A stretch of DNA of 64,000 nucleotides, taken from assembly GCA_046597055.1 (NCBI GenBank), contig JBKJLC010000056.1:1-64000 (forward strand), read 5' to 3'. The position numbers and the translations under genes are program-made. Origin of the DNA: Kofleriaceae bacterium (GTDB taxonomy: Bacteria; Myxococcota_A; Polyangia; Haliangiales; Haliangiaceae). Shown here in pieces: positions 53,923-64,000 of the stretch; within the stretch, counting starts at the first letter, position 1; the number at the start of each line of letters is the position of its first letter. A model generated the notes under the pieces. It was given only the letters and a program-made list of their open reading frames with translations, was not told where the DNA came from and did no database searches.

Positions 53923-54792
53923 TCAGGACGCGGGCGATTCGACGGTCACGGTGGCCAGCCGCGCCGCGGCCACCACCTCGTCCCACTCGTCACTCGCCCC
54001 CTCGTAGTGGACGAGGAAACGGCCGTCGTCGCGGACCTCGACGATGCGCGCGGTCCACCACTCCCCCTGCCACTCGACCGAGACCGTGTCGCCAGCGCGG
54101 AGCTCGTCCACCGCGCGGGGCACCGCGGTGGCGTCCACGATCCCCGCGGAGTCCTCGACGGCCCCGGTCTCTTCGACCACGGCGGCCTCGACGACCGCCG
54201 CGTGGTCGCCGCCGTCCGCGCTGGGCTCGACCTCGATCGGGGCCGCGACCACGCCGCTGTCGTCCCCGGGTGCCTCGCGGGCGGCGGCGACCTCACCGGC
54301 CGTCGGGTCCTCGGCGGCGCTCGCAGCTACCGCATCCGGCAGCGCGGACGCGGGCGCTTCGTTGGTTACGTCGGGATCGTCGGCGCTCTCGGCCGGGACC
54401 CGCTGGTCGAGCTCGATCACGTTGCGGTCCGGATCCCGGACGAACACGGCCGTGATCCCGCCGGGCTGCTTCATGCGGCCCGACAGCGGGTAGCCGGCCT
54501 CGGCCAGCGACGCCGCGGCGGCCTCGACGTCGGCGCAGCGCAGGGCGATGTGCGTGTAGCCCGGGTGCTTCACGGCGGCGTCCATCAACACGTTGGTCGC
54601 GTCGGGATCCGGCGCGTTGACGATCAGGTTCAGCTCGATCCCGGTTGGGTGGGTGAGGATCGCGACCGGCTCGGGGCCCAGCGGGCCGCCGGCCAGCTCG
54701 AACCCGAGCAGTCGGTAGAACCGCATCGCGCGGTCGAGATCGTGGACGCGGAGGCCGACGTGGCCGAAGCCGAGGATTCCGAGGTCTGCCAT
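53923..54792 (-). CDS. VOC/glyoxalase domain fused through an acidic linker to a Tudor/Agenet-like domain
   Basis: HVGLRV, HIAL and FVRDPDRNVIEL motifs; C-terminal GDTVSVEWQGEWWTARIV...VHYEGASDEWDEVV. Confidence 0.75.
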   Translation of the reverse strand: MADLGILGFGHVGLRVHDLDRAMRFYRLLGFELAGGPLGPEPVAILTHPTGIELNLIVNAPDPDATNVLMDAAVKHPGYTHIALRCADVEAAAASLAEAGYPLSGRMKQPGGITAVFVRDPDRNVIELDQRVPAESADDPDVTNEAPASALPDAVAASAAEDPTAGEVAAAREAPGDDSGVVAAPIEVEPSADGGDHAAVVEAAVVEETGAVEDSAGIVDATAVPRAVDELRAGDTVSVEWQGEWWTARIVEVRDDGRFLVHYEGASDEWDEVVAAARLATVTVESPAS

Positions 54793-54851
54793 GAGGTCGG
54801 CCCGACTCTACCGCGGGGCGGGCGCGGGTTGGCGGGCCGCCACGCCCGGCA

Positions 54852-56183
54852 TCAATCCACCAGCGGGCCGCTCTGACAGACGCCGAGCTCGAGGATCAGA
54901 TAGAGCAAGATCCGCTCCTGCGGATACAGGCCGCGATGGGGTCCGCCGGTGGTGTGATACGTCGAGTACAGCACCCGACCGCAGCCGGTCGGCTGGTAGG
55001 TCACCGTCATCGGGTACTTGACCAGGCCGCCGAACCCCGGCGCCCCGATGACCCACGGCTTGGGCGTGTCGAGGACTTCGTTGCCGTCGGCATCGACGCC
55101 GAGCCGCACCGACGTGAGCGCGCGGATCCAGTTCCAGCTATCGGCGATCTCGACCCGGCTCGGGTCGTAGGCCTGGGTCGCCGGACTGCCGGGCGTCGGA
55201 CCGCGCTGGGGGGCGAGCCACCCGCGCAGGTCGGGATCGACGATCTCGGCGAGCGAGCTGTAGTTGCCGCCCCGGGCCGTGCCGACGGCCGTGATGGTCC
55301 CGGCGGTGGGGTCGGCCGGGTCATAGGTGCCGACGGTGTCCGCGTTGACGTCACCGAGCGTGAGCTGCGGCGGGAAGATCGTGTCCACGAACTTCCCCGC
55401 GAAGTCGGTCGCGTAGAGCTTGCCCCCCTCCATCACGTAGCGCCGGAGGTTGGCCTGGATCCGCGGGTCGGCGAGCATCGGCACCATCTCGTCGGAGCAC
55501 GGCAAGAAGACGAGGTGGTACCGGCGCAGGACCTCGAGATCCCCGATCAGATCGAGGACCGAGCCGCGGGTCTCGACCGTCGGGTGGCCGTTGTCGTAGA
55601 CGTCGAGGTCGCCCTCGGTCGCGAGGTAGCGGTGGTCGACGTCGAGCACGCCCAGGCCGATCTTGCCGAGGATCTCCTCGATGTGGTCGTCGGTCCCGGC
55701 CGCGACCGCGATGCGCGGGATCCAGAACCCGTGGGTCGGATCATGGCTCGACGGCAGCGTGGTCTGCGCGGCGGCGAGCGCCTGCGCGCCCGGCTCGAGC
55801 CGGAGGGTCTGCTCGTAGCGAAACTGGGCCTTCTGGATCACCAGCCAGTAGTTGCCGGGCGGCGCGTCCAGCGCGAACGCGCCGTCGTGGGTCGAGACGG
55901 CGGCGTTGCCGGGCGCCACCATGCACCGCTCGCAGAACACGCCGGCCGGGATCGGCGGCGGCCGCTCGGAAGACAGGTACACCACCGCGCCCGCCACCGG
56001 CAGCTCCTCGCCCGGCGGCACCTGCCCGGGCGCCATCGCAGGCACCCAGACCCGGCCGGTGATGCGGGCCACGCCGGTAGGCGGCCCATCCGTGTCGCTG
56101 CCGCCGTCGCCGGACGACGACGGCGCGGCCGCGCACGCGGCGAGCCCCAGCACGATCGCAAGCCTGAGCGACACGGACCGCAT
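54852..56183 (-). CDS. Myxobacterial lipoprotein (carboxypeptidase-regulatory-like N-domain + alpha/beta domain), paralog 2
   Basis: Lipobox LAA-C; CERC; GGKLYATD; GCGRVLYSTYHT; PQERILLY. Confidence 0.8.
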   Translation of the reverse strand: MRSVSLRLAIVLGLAACAAAPSSSGDGGSDTDGPPTGVARITGRVWVPAMAPGQVPPGEELPVAGAVVYLSSERPPPIPAGVFCERCMVAPGNAAVSTHDGAFALDAPPGNYWLVIQKAQFRYEQTLRLEPGAQALAAAQTTLPSSHDPTHGFWIPRIAVAAGTDDHIEEILGKIGLGVLDVDHRYLATEGDLDVYDNGHPTVETRGSVLDLIGDLEVLRRYHLVFLPCSDEMVPMLADPRIQANLRRYVMEGGKLYATDFAGKFVDTIFPPQLTLGDVNADTVGTYDPADPTAGTITAVGTARGGNYSSLAEIVDPDLRGWLAPQRGPTPGSPATQAYDPSRVEIADSWNWIRALTSVRLGVDADGNEVLDTPKPWVIGAPGFGGLVKYPMTVTYQPTGCGRVLYSTYHTTGGPHRGLYPQERILLYLILELGVCQSGPLVD

Positions 56184-56187
56184 GATG

Positions 56188-57579
56188 TCAGTTCACGACC
56201 GGGCCACTCTGGCAGACGCCCGCCTCGAGCAGCATGTACAGCAGGATTCGCTCCTGCGGATACAGCCCGCGATGGGGGCCCCCCGTGGTGTGAAACGTCG
56301 AGTACAGCACGCGGCCACAGCCGGTCGGCTGGTAGCTCACGGTCATCGGGTGCTTGATGCCGTCGGGGGTCGCGCCGCTGCCCGCGACCCAGGTCCGGGG
56401 CGTGTCGAGCACCGGTTGACCGGCCAGGTCGAGCCCGAGCGGCACCGGCGTGAGCCCGCTGATCCAGCTGGTGTTGCCGACCAGCTCGAGCTGGTCCGGG
56501 TCGTAGGCCTGGGTCGCCGGGCTGCGCGTCGTCGGGCCCTGCTGGCCGCCGAGCCAGGCGTGGAGCTCGGGCTCGCGCACCTCGCCGTCGCGCGAGTCGA
56601 AGCTGGAGCCCCGCAAGCTGCCGTCGGTGGTGACGGTGCCAGCGGTGGGATCGGCGGGGTCATAGCTACCGACGGTGTCGGCGCCGGGCCCGCCCAGCGT
56701 GAGCTGCGGGGGAAAGATCGTGTCGGCGACCTCGCCGCCATAGTCGGTGACGAACAGCTTGCCGCCCTCCATCACGTAGCGGCGCAGGTTGGCCTGCACC
56801 CGCGGATGATCGAGCCGGATCACCGACGCGCTGGAGCACGGGACGATGATGATGTGGTACCGGCGCATGAGCTCGAGGTCCCACACCAGGTCGTAGGCGC
56901 TGCCACGGCTCTCGACCAGGAGCGGCGGGCCCGCGCCGTTCGTGTTGTCGTAGACGTGGACCTCGCCGTGGGTCGCGGTGTAGCGGAAGCCGGCATCGAC
57001 CGCGCCCAGGCCGATCTTGCCCAGCACCTCCTCGAGGTGATCGGCGGTGCCGGCCGCGACGGCGATCCTGGGGATCCACGATCCGTGGACCGGATCGTGG
57101 GTCGACGGCAGGGTGGTCTGCGCCGCCGCCAGCGCCAGCGGCCCGGCGCCGAGCTCGATCTGTTGCTCGGAGCGAAACTGCGCCTTCTCGATCACCAGCC
57201 AGTAGGTCCCCGGGATCGCCTCGAGCGCGAACGCGCCGTCGGGTCCGGACGTGACCGCGTCCGCCGGTCGCTCCGTGCACCGCTCGCAGTAGATCCGGTC
57301 CGGAATCGCGGTCGGCCGCTCGACCGACAGGTACACGGCGGCGCCGGCGACCGGCACCTCCTCGCCGGCGACGACCTGGCCCGGTGCCATCAAGGGCACC
57401 CAGACGCGGCCGGTCACCATCGCCTTGGGTCCGAGATACCCGTCGGGCGACGCGTCCGCCGGCGCATCCGCTCGCGCGTCGAGCCCCGGGCCGCCGCCGT
57501 CGGGCACTGACGACGACGCGCCGCAGCCGGCGACCGACAGCAGCGTCGCGACGACAAACCTGACCGGCATGGAGCGCAT
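56188..57579 (-). CDS. Myxobacterial lipoprotein, paralog 1
   Basis: Lipobox VAG-C; colinear with and highly similar to 54852-56183. Confidence 0.8.
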   Translation of the reverse strand: MRSMPVRFVVATLLSVAGCGASSSVPDGGGPGLDARADAPADASPDGYLGPKAMVTGRVWVPLMAPGQVVAGEEVPVAGAAVYLSVERPTAIPDRIYCERCTERPADAVTSGPDGAFALEAIPGTYWLVIEKAQFRSEQQIELGAGPLALAAAQTTLPSTHDPVHGSWIPRIAVAAGTADHLEEVLGKIGLGAVDAGFRYTATHGEVHVYDNTNGAGPPLLVESRGSAYDLVWDLELMRRYHIIIVPCSSASVIRLDHPRVQANLRRYVMEGGKLFVTDYGGEVADTIFPPQLTLGGPGADTVGSYDPADPTAGTVTTDGSLRGSSFDSRDGEVREPELHAWLGGQQGPTTRSPATQAYDPDQLELVGNTSWISGLTPVPLGLDLAGQPVLDTPRTWVAGSGATPDGIKHPMTVSYQPTGCGRVLYSTFHTTGGPHRGLYPQERILLYMLLEAGVCQSGPVVN

Positions 57580-57753
57580 GGGTGACGGGACCATATCGCA
57601 GGCAGATCTTTATTTGTGGTCAGAACAGGAATGCTGCTTTCTGCCAGCGGTGACGCGGTCGCAGATCGTTAGTGTGCGCCTGGGGAGAGCGGCGATGAGG
57701 TCGAGCTCTGTCCACTCCGGCAGGCAGCTCGCCGCCACTCACGAGGAATTCAC

Positions 57754-60192
57754 ATGCAGCGCGTCAGGGCCACAATCTCGTTCACCATCCTGGCGGGACT
57801 CACCGTCATGAGTAGTCCCGCCTTCGCCCAGAAGGTGTGTGTACCGCCGGGCTACGGCGTGCCCGGCCGCTCGGGCCCACCGAAGTGGGTCGCCTGGGAC
57901 GCCGATGCCAGCGTCCCGGTCAACGAGACGCTGATCGACCCGCGCTGGAACGGCGCCAGCGGCCAGGCGTTCGGCACCGGCGCGGCCAGCCCGCCGGCCG
58001 AGTTCCGGGCCGTCTACGGCACCACTGGCACCCAGACCTATCTGTACCTGTCGTGGACGATCAACGTCGCCGACGTGGCCTCCACCGACAACCACCAGCT
58101 CTACGTCGGCTTCAAGCCGCCCGCCGGCGACGCCAAGATCCTGCGCTTCCGCCTGCCGGCCGCGACGCCGACCGCGCGGCCCGCGGCCTTCACGAAGTGC
58201 AATGGCCGCGACTCGTCGGCGACCTGCGCCGACACCATCGGCGCCAACAACCGGCCGTTCTACGCGCTCTACACCGCCAGCGCGGACGCCGCGTCGTGCG
58301 AGGACGGGACCAACCCGCACTGGAGCCGGTTTGTCCAGGATCGCAACATGGCGGTCCACGTCGACTGGGTCGAGAACACCGCCACCCCGGCCGCGTCGGC
58401 CGCGTCGTACTGGGTGGTCGATGCGACCCACTGGGCGGTGCAGCTGCGCATCCCGCTCAACACCACGGCCACCGACTTCGTGAATGGCATCGTGGCGGGG
58501 ACCAAGATCTGGTACGAGATCCCGGTCGACAGCGACGGCGTCGCCGCCCGCTACTCGTTCCCGCGCCCGGCCAATGGTATCCAGCGGTTCGAGTCCACCA
58601 ACCCCGGCCAGCTCTGCCACAAGGAGACCGTCGCCGGCGCGAAGTTCGAGGACAGCTTTGCCGAGCTGGCCACGCTGACGCCGGGCACCCCGACCCCGGG
58701 CTGCGGTGGCGTGTCGCTGGCCTACCACGATGTCGGGTTCATTCACGATGTCGCGCTGACCCCCGGGGTCGACTTCATGACTGCCAACCTCGGCAACGTC
58801 ATCAAGGGGTTTCGCCTGGACGGGACCACGCCGGTCGTCAACTCGCTGTTCGTGCGCCCGTACAACGGCACCGCCGACACCGGCGCGCCGGTGAGCATCG
58901 CCAACGACCAGATCAAGGCCCGCATGCGCATCGCCAACTGGGGCGCGCAGCAGGGCATCGCCTACAACGAGCCGGGCTGGAACGAGCTGCCCATCCCGGG
59001 CGGCAGCCGTGACAAGCCGATGACCGGCACCTCGCCGGTGACGCCCGGCCAGAAGGGCCTCATCCGGGTCGACTGGCAGCTCACCCAGCCCCAGCGCTGC
59101 GACTACGGCATCGATACGCTGAGCAGCACCAACTGGCCCGCGGTGCCCGACCCGGCCACCTGCGAGCGGCGCTTCTCGGGCTGGGACCAGTGCATCCTCG
59201 TCGAGATGACCGGCGGCGGAGCGTTCGAGTTCGCCAACACCAGCATCTACCGCAACATGGCGTTCGGGAAGATGTCGCTGTTCGAAAAGCCGGCGGTCAT
59301 CGACACCGCGGGTCTGCCGGTCAAGCGCGGCCACAAGCACCAGGACATCTACCTGTTCTTCTCGCCACGCAACCTGCCGACCCAGCTGCCGGCCGGGACC
59401 AACGGCCTCGACCTGATCGCGGCCAACGCCACCAAGCTCGGCGCCGAGCTGGTCGCGGGCTTCTCGGTCGAGGACCCCGATGACGATGATGACGACGGCG
59501 GCGACGTGGTGGTGTTCAGCGACGACGTCGATTCGACCCATGGCCGCCGGGCCGTGAAGCCGGGCGACTTCGGCCTCCAGCGCTTCGTCATGCGCCGCCC
59601 GCTCGCGCGCGAGATCGACGCCCTGCTGCCGGAGCGCCGCCAGCTCGCCGGCGCGATCTACAGCCTGCCGGACGATCTCCGGGAGACGGTCTTCCTGCTC
59701 GACCGGATCGCCCGGATGCCGCGCGGGGAGCAGCGTCCGCGCCTCACCCCCGAGGCTCTGACCCGTGAGCTCAACGAGCTCTTCACGCCCGCGCTGCTCG
59801 ACTCGCTGGTTCCATCGGTCGATGTGTACGTGTTCTACGATACCTTCGAGAAGCTCCAGGATGGCTTCAAGCGGGTCAGCAAGCTCGAGCCGATGTCGTC
59901 ATTCTCGTTCCATGGCTTCCTCGAGCCGGGCGAGGTCGTCTCGCAGCTGAGCTATGCGGTGGGCAACGCCAAGCAGATCAGCGACAACGTCTTCCGCATC
60001 CGGATCAAGAACGGTCAGAAGAGCGCGATCAACTTCCAGGTTCAGGCCCTCGAGGCTGGTGAGGAACCGATCGAGCACGACGAGCACTGGAACGGCGGCG
60101 GTGGCTGTGGTGGTGGCGCCGGCGGCGGCGTCTTCATCGGCGTCGGTGCGATGGTCGGCATGGGCTCGCTCCGGCGTCGCCGCCGGAAGTGA
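57754..60192 (+). CDS. Large exported protein with a MYXO-CTERM-like C-terminal sorting signal
   Basis: Signal peptide (PAFA-Q); ends GGGGCGGG-hydrophobic-RRRRRK; GAGG RBS. Confidence 0.8.
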   Translation: MQRVRATISFTILAGLTVMSSPAFAQKVCVPPGYGVPGRSGPPKWVAWDADASVPVNETLIDPRWNGASGQAFGTGAASPPAEFRAVYGTTGTQTYLYLSWTINVADVASTDNHQLYVGFKPPAGDAKILRFRLPAATPTARPAAFTKCNGRDSSATCADTIGANNRPFYALYTASADAASCEDGTNPHWSRFVQDRNMAVHVDWVENTATPAASAASYWVVDATHWAVQLRIPLNTTATDFVNGIVAGTKIWYEIPVDSDGVAARYSFPRPANGIQRFESTNPGQLCHKETVAGAKFEDSFAELATLTPGTPTPGCGGVSLAYHDVGFIHDVALTPGVDFMTANLGNVIKGFRLDGTTPVVNSLFVRPYNGTADTGAPVSIANDQIKARMRIANWGAQQGIAYNEPGWNELPIPGGSRDKPMTGTSPVTPGQKGLIRVDWQLTQPQRCDYGIDTLSSTNWPAVPDPATCERRFSGWDQCILVEMTGGGAFEFANTSIYRNMAFGKMSLFEKPAVIDTAGLPVKRGHKHQDIYLFFSPRNLPTQLPAGTNGLDLIAANATKLGAELVAGFSVEDPDDDDDDGGDVVVFSDDVDSTHGRRAVKPGDFGLQRFVMRRPLAREIDALLPERRQLAGAIYSLPDDLRETVFLLDRIARMPRGEQRPRLTPEALTRELNELFTPALLDSLVPSVDVYVFYDTFEKLQDGFKRVSKLEPMSSFSFHGFLEPGEVVSQLSYAVGNAKQISDNVFRIRIKNGQKSAINFQVQALEAGEEPIEHDEHWNGGGGCGGGAGGGVFIGVGAMVGMGSLRRRRRK

Positions 60193-60286
60193 TCGCCCGG
60201 CCGTAGTCTGCCTTTCCGTCCTTTGCCACGCCCCGACCTTGGTCGCATCGCGCCACTTCTGAGAAAGATATGGAGTTGATGCGATC

Positions 60287-61756
<1,470 letters not shown>

Positions 61757-61793
61757 CGCGCTCGCGTCCCGCACCTGCCAGCGGCTCGCGGTG

Positions 61794-62807
61794 ATGGCGG
61801 GGGTGATCCTCGCCCTGCTCGCCGCGCCCCGCCTGGCCTCGGCCCAGAGCGCCGAGGCCGAGACGCTGTTCCGCCAGGGCAAGAAGCAGCTGGCCGAAGG
61901 CAAGATCGCCGAGGCGTGCGACACGCTCGAGGCCAGCAACCGGGTCGAGCCGCGGGCGGGCACGCTGATCCTGCTCGGCGAGTGCCGCGAGAAGAACGAC
62001 CAGCTCGCGTCGGCGTGGTCGGCGTTCGCCGACGCCAAGATCCGCGCGAAGGATCCCGCCAAGCGCCAGTTCGCCGAGCGGCGCGCCGCCGCGCTCGAGC
62101 CGCGGCTGTCGTACCTGACCGTGTCGGTCCCCGACGAGAGCCGCGTCGAGGGCCTGGTGATCACACGCGACGGCGAGGTGGTCGACCGGGGCCTGTGGAA
62201 CCGCGCGATGCCGGTCGATGGCCGCAAGTACCACATCGTCGGCAAGGCGCCCGGACACGAGGCGTGGGCCACCGACATCGTGGTCCCGATGGAGCAAGGC
62301 AGCGCGACGATCGACGTGCCGAAGTTCAAGGTCCTGGTCACGCCGGTCGGCGAGCCGGCGCAACACGACCCGTACTTCCTGACCGACGTACCGCCGTCAC
62401 CGTCGCCACTCACCACCCGGCGCTGGGTCGCGATCGGCATCGGGGCCGCTGGCGTCGGCGCGATCATCACGGGCGCGGTGTTCGGCGTCAGCAAGAACGA
62501 CCTCGAGACCCGGGCCCATAGCGCCTGTCCCGATCCGGCCAACTGCACCCAGGCCGCGCAGGCCAACGACCTCTTGCGGCAGGCCCAGGACAAGGCGCTG
62601 GCCGCGAACATCGCGTACGGCGCGGGCGGCGCGCTCGCCGTCGGTGCGGTGGTCCTGTGGGTGCTCAGCGGCCCGCCCGGCGCCGCCGCGACCGACGACG
62701 AAACCGACGACCAAGCCGACGCAGACGCCGCGCAAGCGGCGCGCCTCCACATCCAGCCGCGCTTCTCGACCGCCTACGTTGGCCTCGACCTGTCGCTGGG
62801 GTTCTGA
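61794..62807 (+). CDS. Exported TPR + PEGA-like protein with hydrophobic hairpin and terminal beta-strand
   Basis: Signal peptide; AETLFRQG...EAC..LEAS...GTLILLGEC...ASAW; beta domain; two Gly-rich helices; ends LDLSLGF. Confidence 0.8.
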   Translation: MAGVILALLAAPRLASAQSAEAETLFRQGKKQLAEGKIAEACDTLEASNRVEPRAGTLILLGECREKNDQLASAWSAFADAKIRAKDPAKRQFAERRAAALEPRLSYLTVSVPDESRVEGLVITRDGEVVDRGLWNRAMPVDGRKYHIVGKAPGHEAWATDIVVPMEQGSATIDVPKFKVLVTPVGEPAQHDPYFLTDVPPSPSPLTTRRWVAIGIGAAGVGAIITGAVFGVSKNDLETRAHSACPDPANCTQAAQANDLLRQAQDKALAANIAYGAGGALAVGAVVLWVLSGPPGAAATDDETDDQADADAAQAARLHIQPRFSTAYVGLDLSLGF

Positions 62808-62810
62808 GCC

Positions 62811-64000
62811 ATGACCACGACCACCCGACCTCCTCGCGCGCTCGCGCTCTTGGCCATCGTCCTGGCCGCGGGGCTCGCGACCGCGTGCACTGCGGACGAG
62901 ACCCGGTTCCTGGTCGGCGACGCCAGCGACGTGCCGGTCGATGCGCCCGACGACGGCCCGCCCGAGGAGGTCGTCCGCTTCACCCTGTCGCGCCAGTCGT
63001 TGATGCTGGGCGAAGGCGCGACCGAGACGTTCACGATCGCGCTGCAGGAGACGCCGCGCGGCAACGTCACGGTGCGCCTGACCTCGCGCGATCCGAGCAA
63101 GGCCACGGTCAGCCCCGACGTGCTGGAGTTCGCGCCCGCCAACGCCGGCACGCCGCGGACGATCTCGGTGACCGCACCGCCCGACCCCGACGCCACCAGC
63201 GACGGGACCAAGATCAGCATCACCTCCGGCGCCTCGGCCGAGGTGCAGTTCAACGTCGACATCGTCGACGACGATCGCCTCGACATCGAGGCCGAGCACG
63301 GTCAGGTGACCGTGACCGAGGAGAGCGCCGACGGGGTGACGCTCAACGTCCGCCTGACCGCGCAGCCGCCCGAGGATCTGGTGGTCACGGCCAGCTCGCT
63401 CGCGCCCGCCATCGCCACGGCGGCGCCGGCCCAGCTCACCTTCACCGTCGCCAACTGGAACCAGCATCAGCCGGTCACCATCCGCGGCGTCGGTGACGTC
63501 GGCATCACCGACCACGACACCAGCGTGACCCTGGCCGCGACCAACCTCGCCCCGGTCACCGTCGGCGTCCACGTCACCGACGACGACGCGCTGAACATCG
63601 TCGCCGAGCCCGGCCAGATCACCGTGGCCGAGGGCGGGACCGCCGACACCATCCGCGTCGTGCTCACCAAGCAGCCGCCGGCCAACCTGGTGGTGGCGGT
63701 CACCTCGGCCGACACCACCGCGGCCCGGGTCACCCCGGCGCAGCTCACCTTCACCCCGGCCAACTTCGCGACCGCCCAGATCGTCACCGTGACACCGCAG
63801 GCCGACGTCGACACCCGCAGCGAGACCACCACGGTCAACTTCCGGGCGTCCGCGCCGACCCAGCCCGCGCCGGATCTCCAGGCCAACGTGTCGGTCCGGG
63901 TCACCGACCCCAACGTTCAGGGCATCGTGCTCGATCTCTCGTCGGCGACGGTGACCGAGAACGGGAACCAGGCCGTGCGGGTCCACCTGGCCTTCCAGCC
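62811..64000 (+). CDS. Large lipoprotein with Calx-beta/Ig-like repeats (truncated by the window end)
   Basis: ATG 3 bp after the previous stop; lipobox LATA-C; repeated ~97-aa units V.EG......V.L..QP...V.V.S......V.P..LTFT..N....Q.VT. Missing from the ORF track because there is no stop in the window. Confidence 0.8.
   Translation, partial: MTTTTRPPRALALLAIVLAAGLATACTADETRFLVGDASDVPVDAPDDGPPEEVVRFTLSRQSLMLGEGATETFTIALQETPRGNVTVRLTSRDPSKATVSPDVLEFAPANAGTPRTISVTAPPDPDATSDGTKISITSGASAEVQFNVDIVDDDRLDIEAEHGQVTVTEESADGVTLNVRLTAQPPEDLVVTASSLAPAIATAAPAQLTFTVANWNQHQPVTIRGVGDVGITDHDTSVTLAATNLAPVTVGVHVTDDDALNIVAEPGQITVAEGGTADTIRVVLTKQPPANLVVAVTSADTTAARVTPAQLTFTPANFATAQIVTVTPQADVDTRSETTTVNFRASAPTQPAPDLQANVSVRVTDPNVQGIVLDLSSATVTENGNQAVRVHLAFQ

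Overview
This is very GC-rich bacterial chromosomal DNA with a Myxococcota signature, probably Haliangiales/Polyangiales-like. The signs are four Hanks-type Ser/Thr kinases, myxobacterial Cys-rich repeat and VWA lipoproteins, TPR/PEGA proteins and a MYXO-CTERM-like protein. I call about 57 CDS and see no rRNA, tRNA, CRISPR array or transposase. Recognisable housekeeping genes are apaH, an ABC-F ATPase, an SDR-type threonine dehydrogenase with kbl, bolA and dbpA, plus a solitary lower-GC mrr gene. The most interesting features are: (i) a recurring cassette of a membrane-anchored signal transducer, an exported partner with an outer-membrane-like C-terminus and a large lipoprotein, seen twice with kinases and once with an ECF sigma/anti-sigma pair; (ii) a kinase -> sigma54 activator -> ECF sigma cascade whose enhancer-like repeats and -24/-12 promoter can be read in the DNA; (iii) a CheW-less CheA-like/CheY/GAF module next to an FHA-PilZ/phosphodiesterase operon; (iv) a helically phased GGCA array; (v) a CNPP-repeat lipoprotein coupled to a ferritin-like enzyme; and (vi) two families of dispersed intergenic repeats. 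All family calls come from motif recognition by eye, and no database searches were run.
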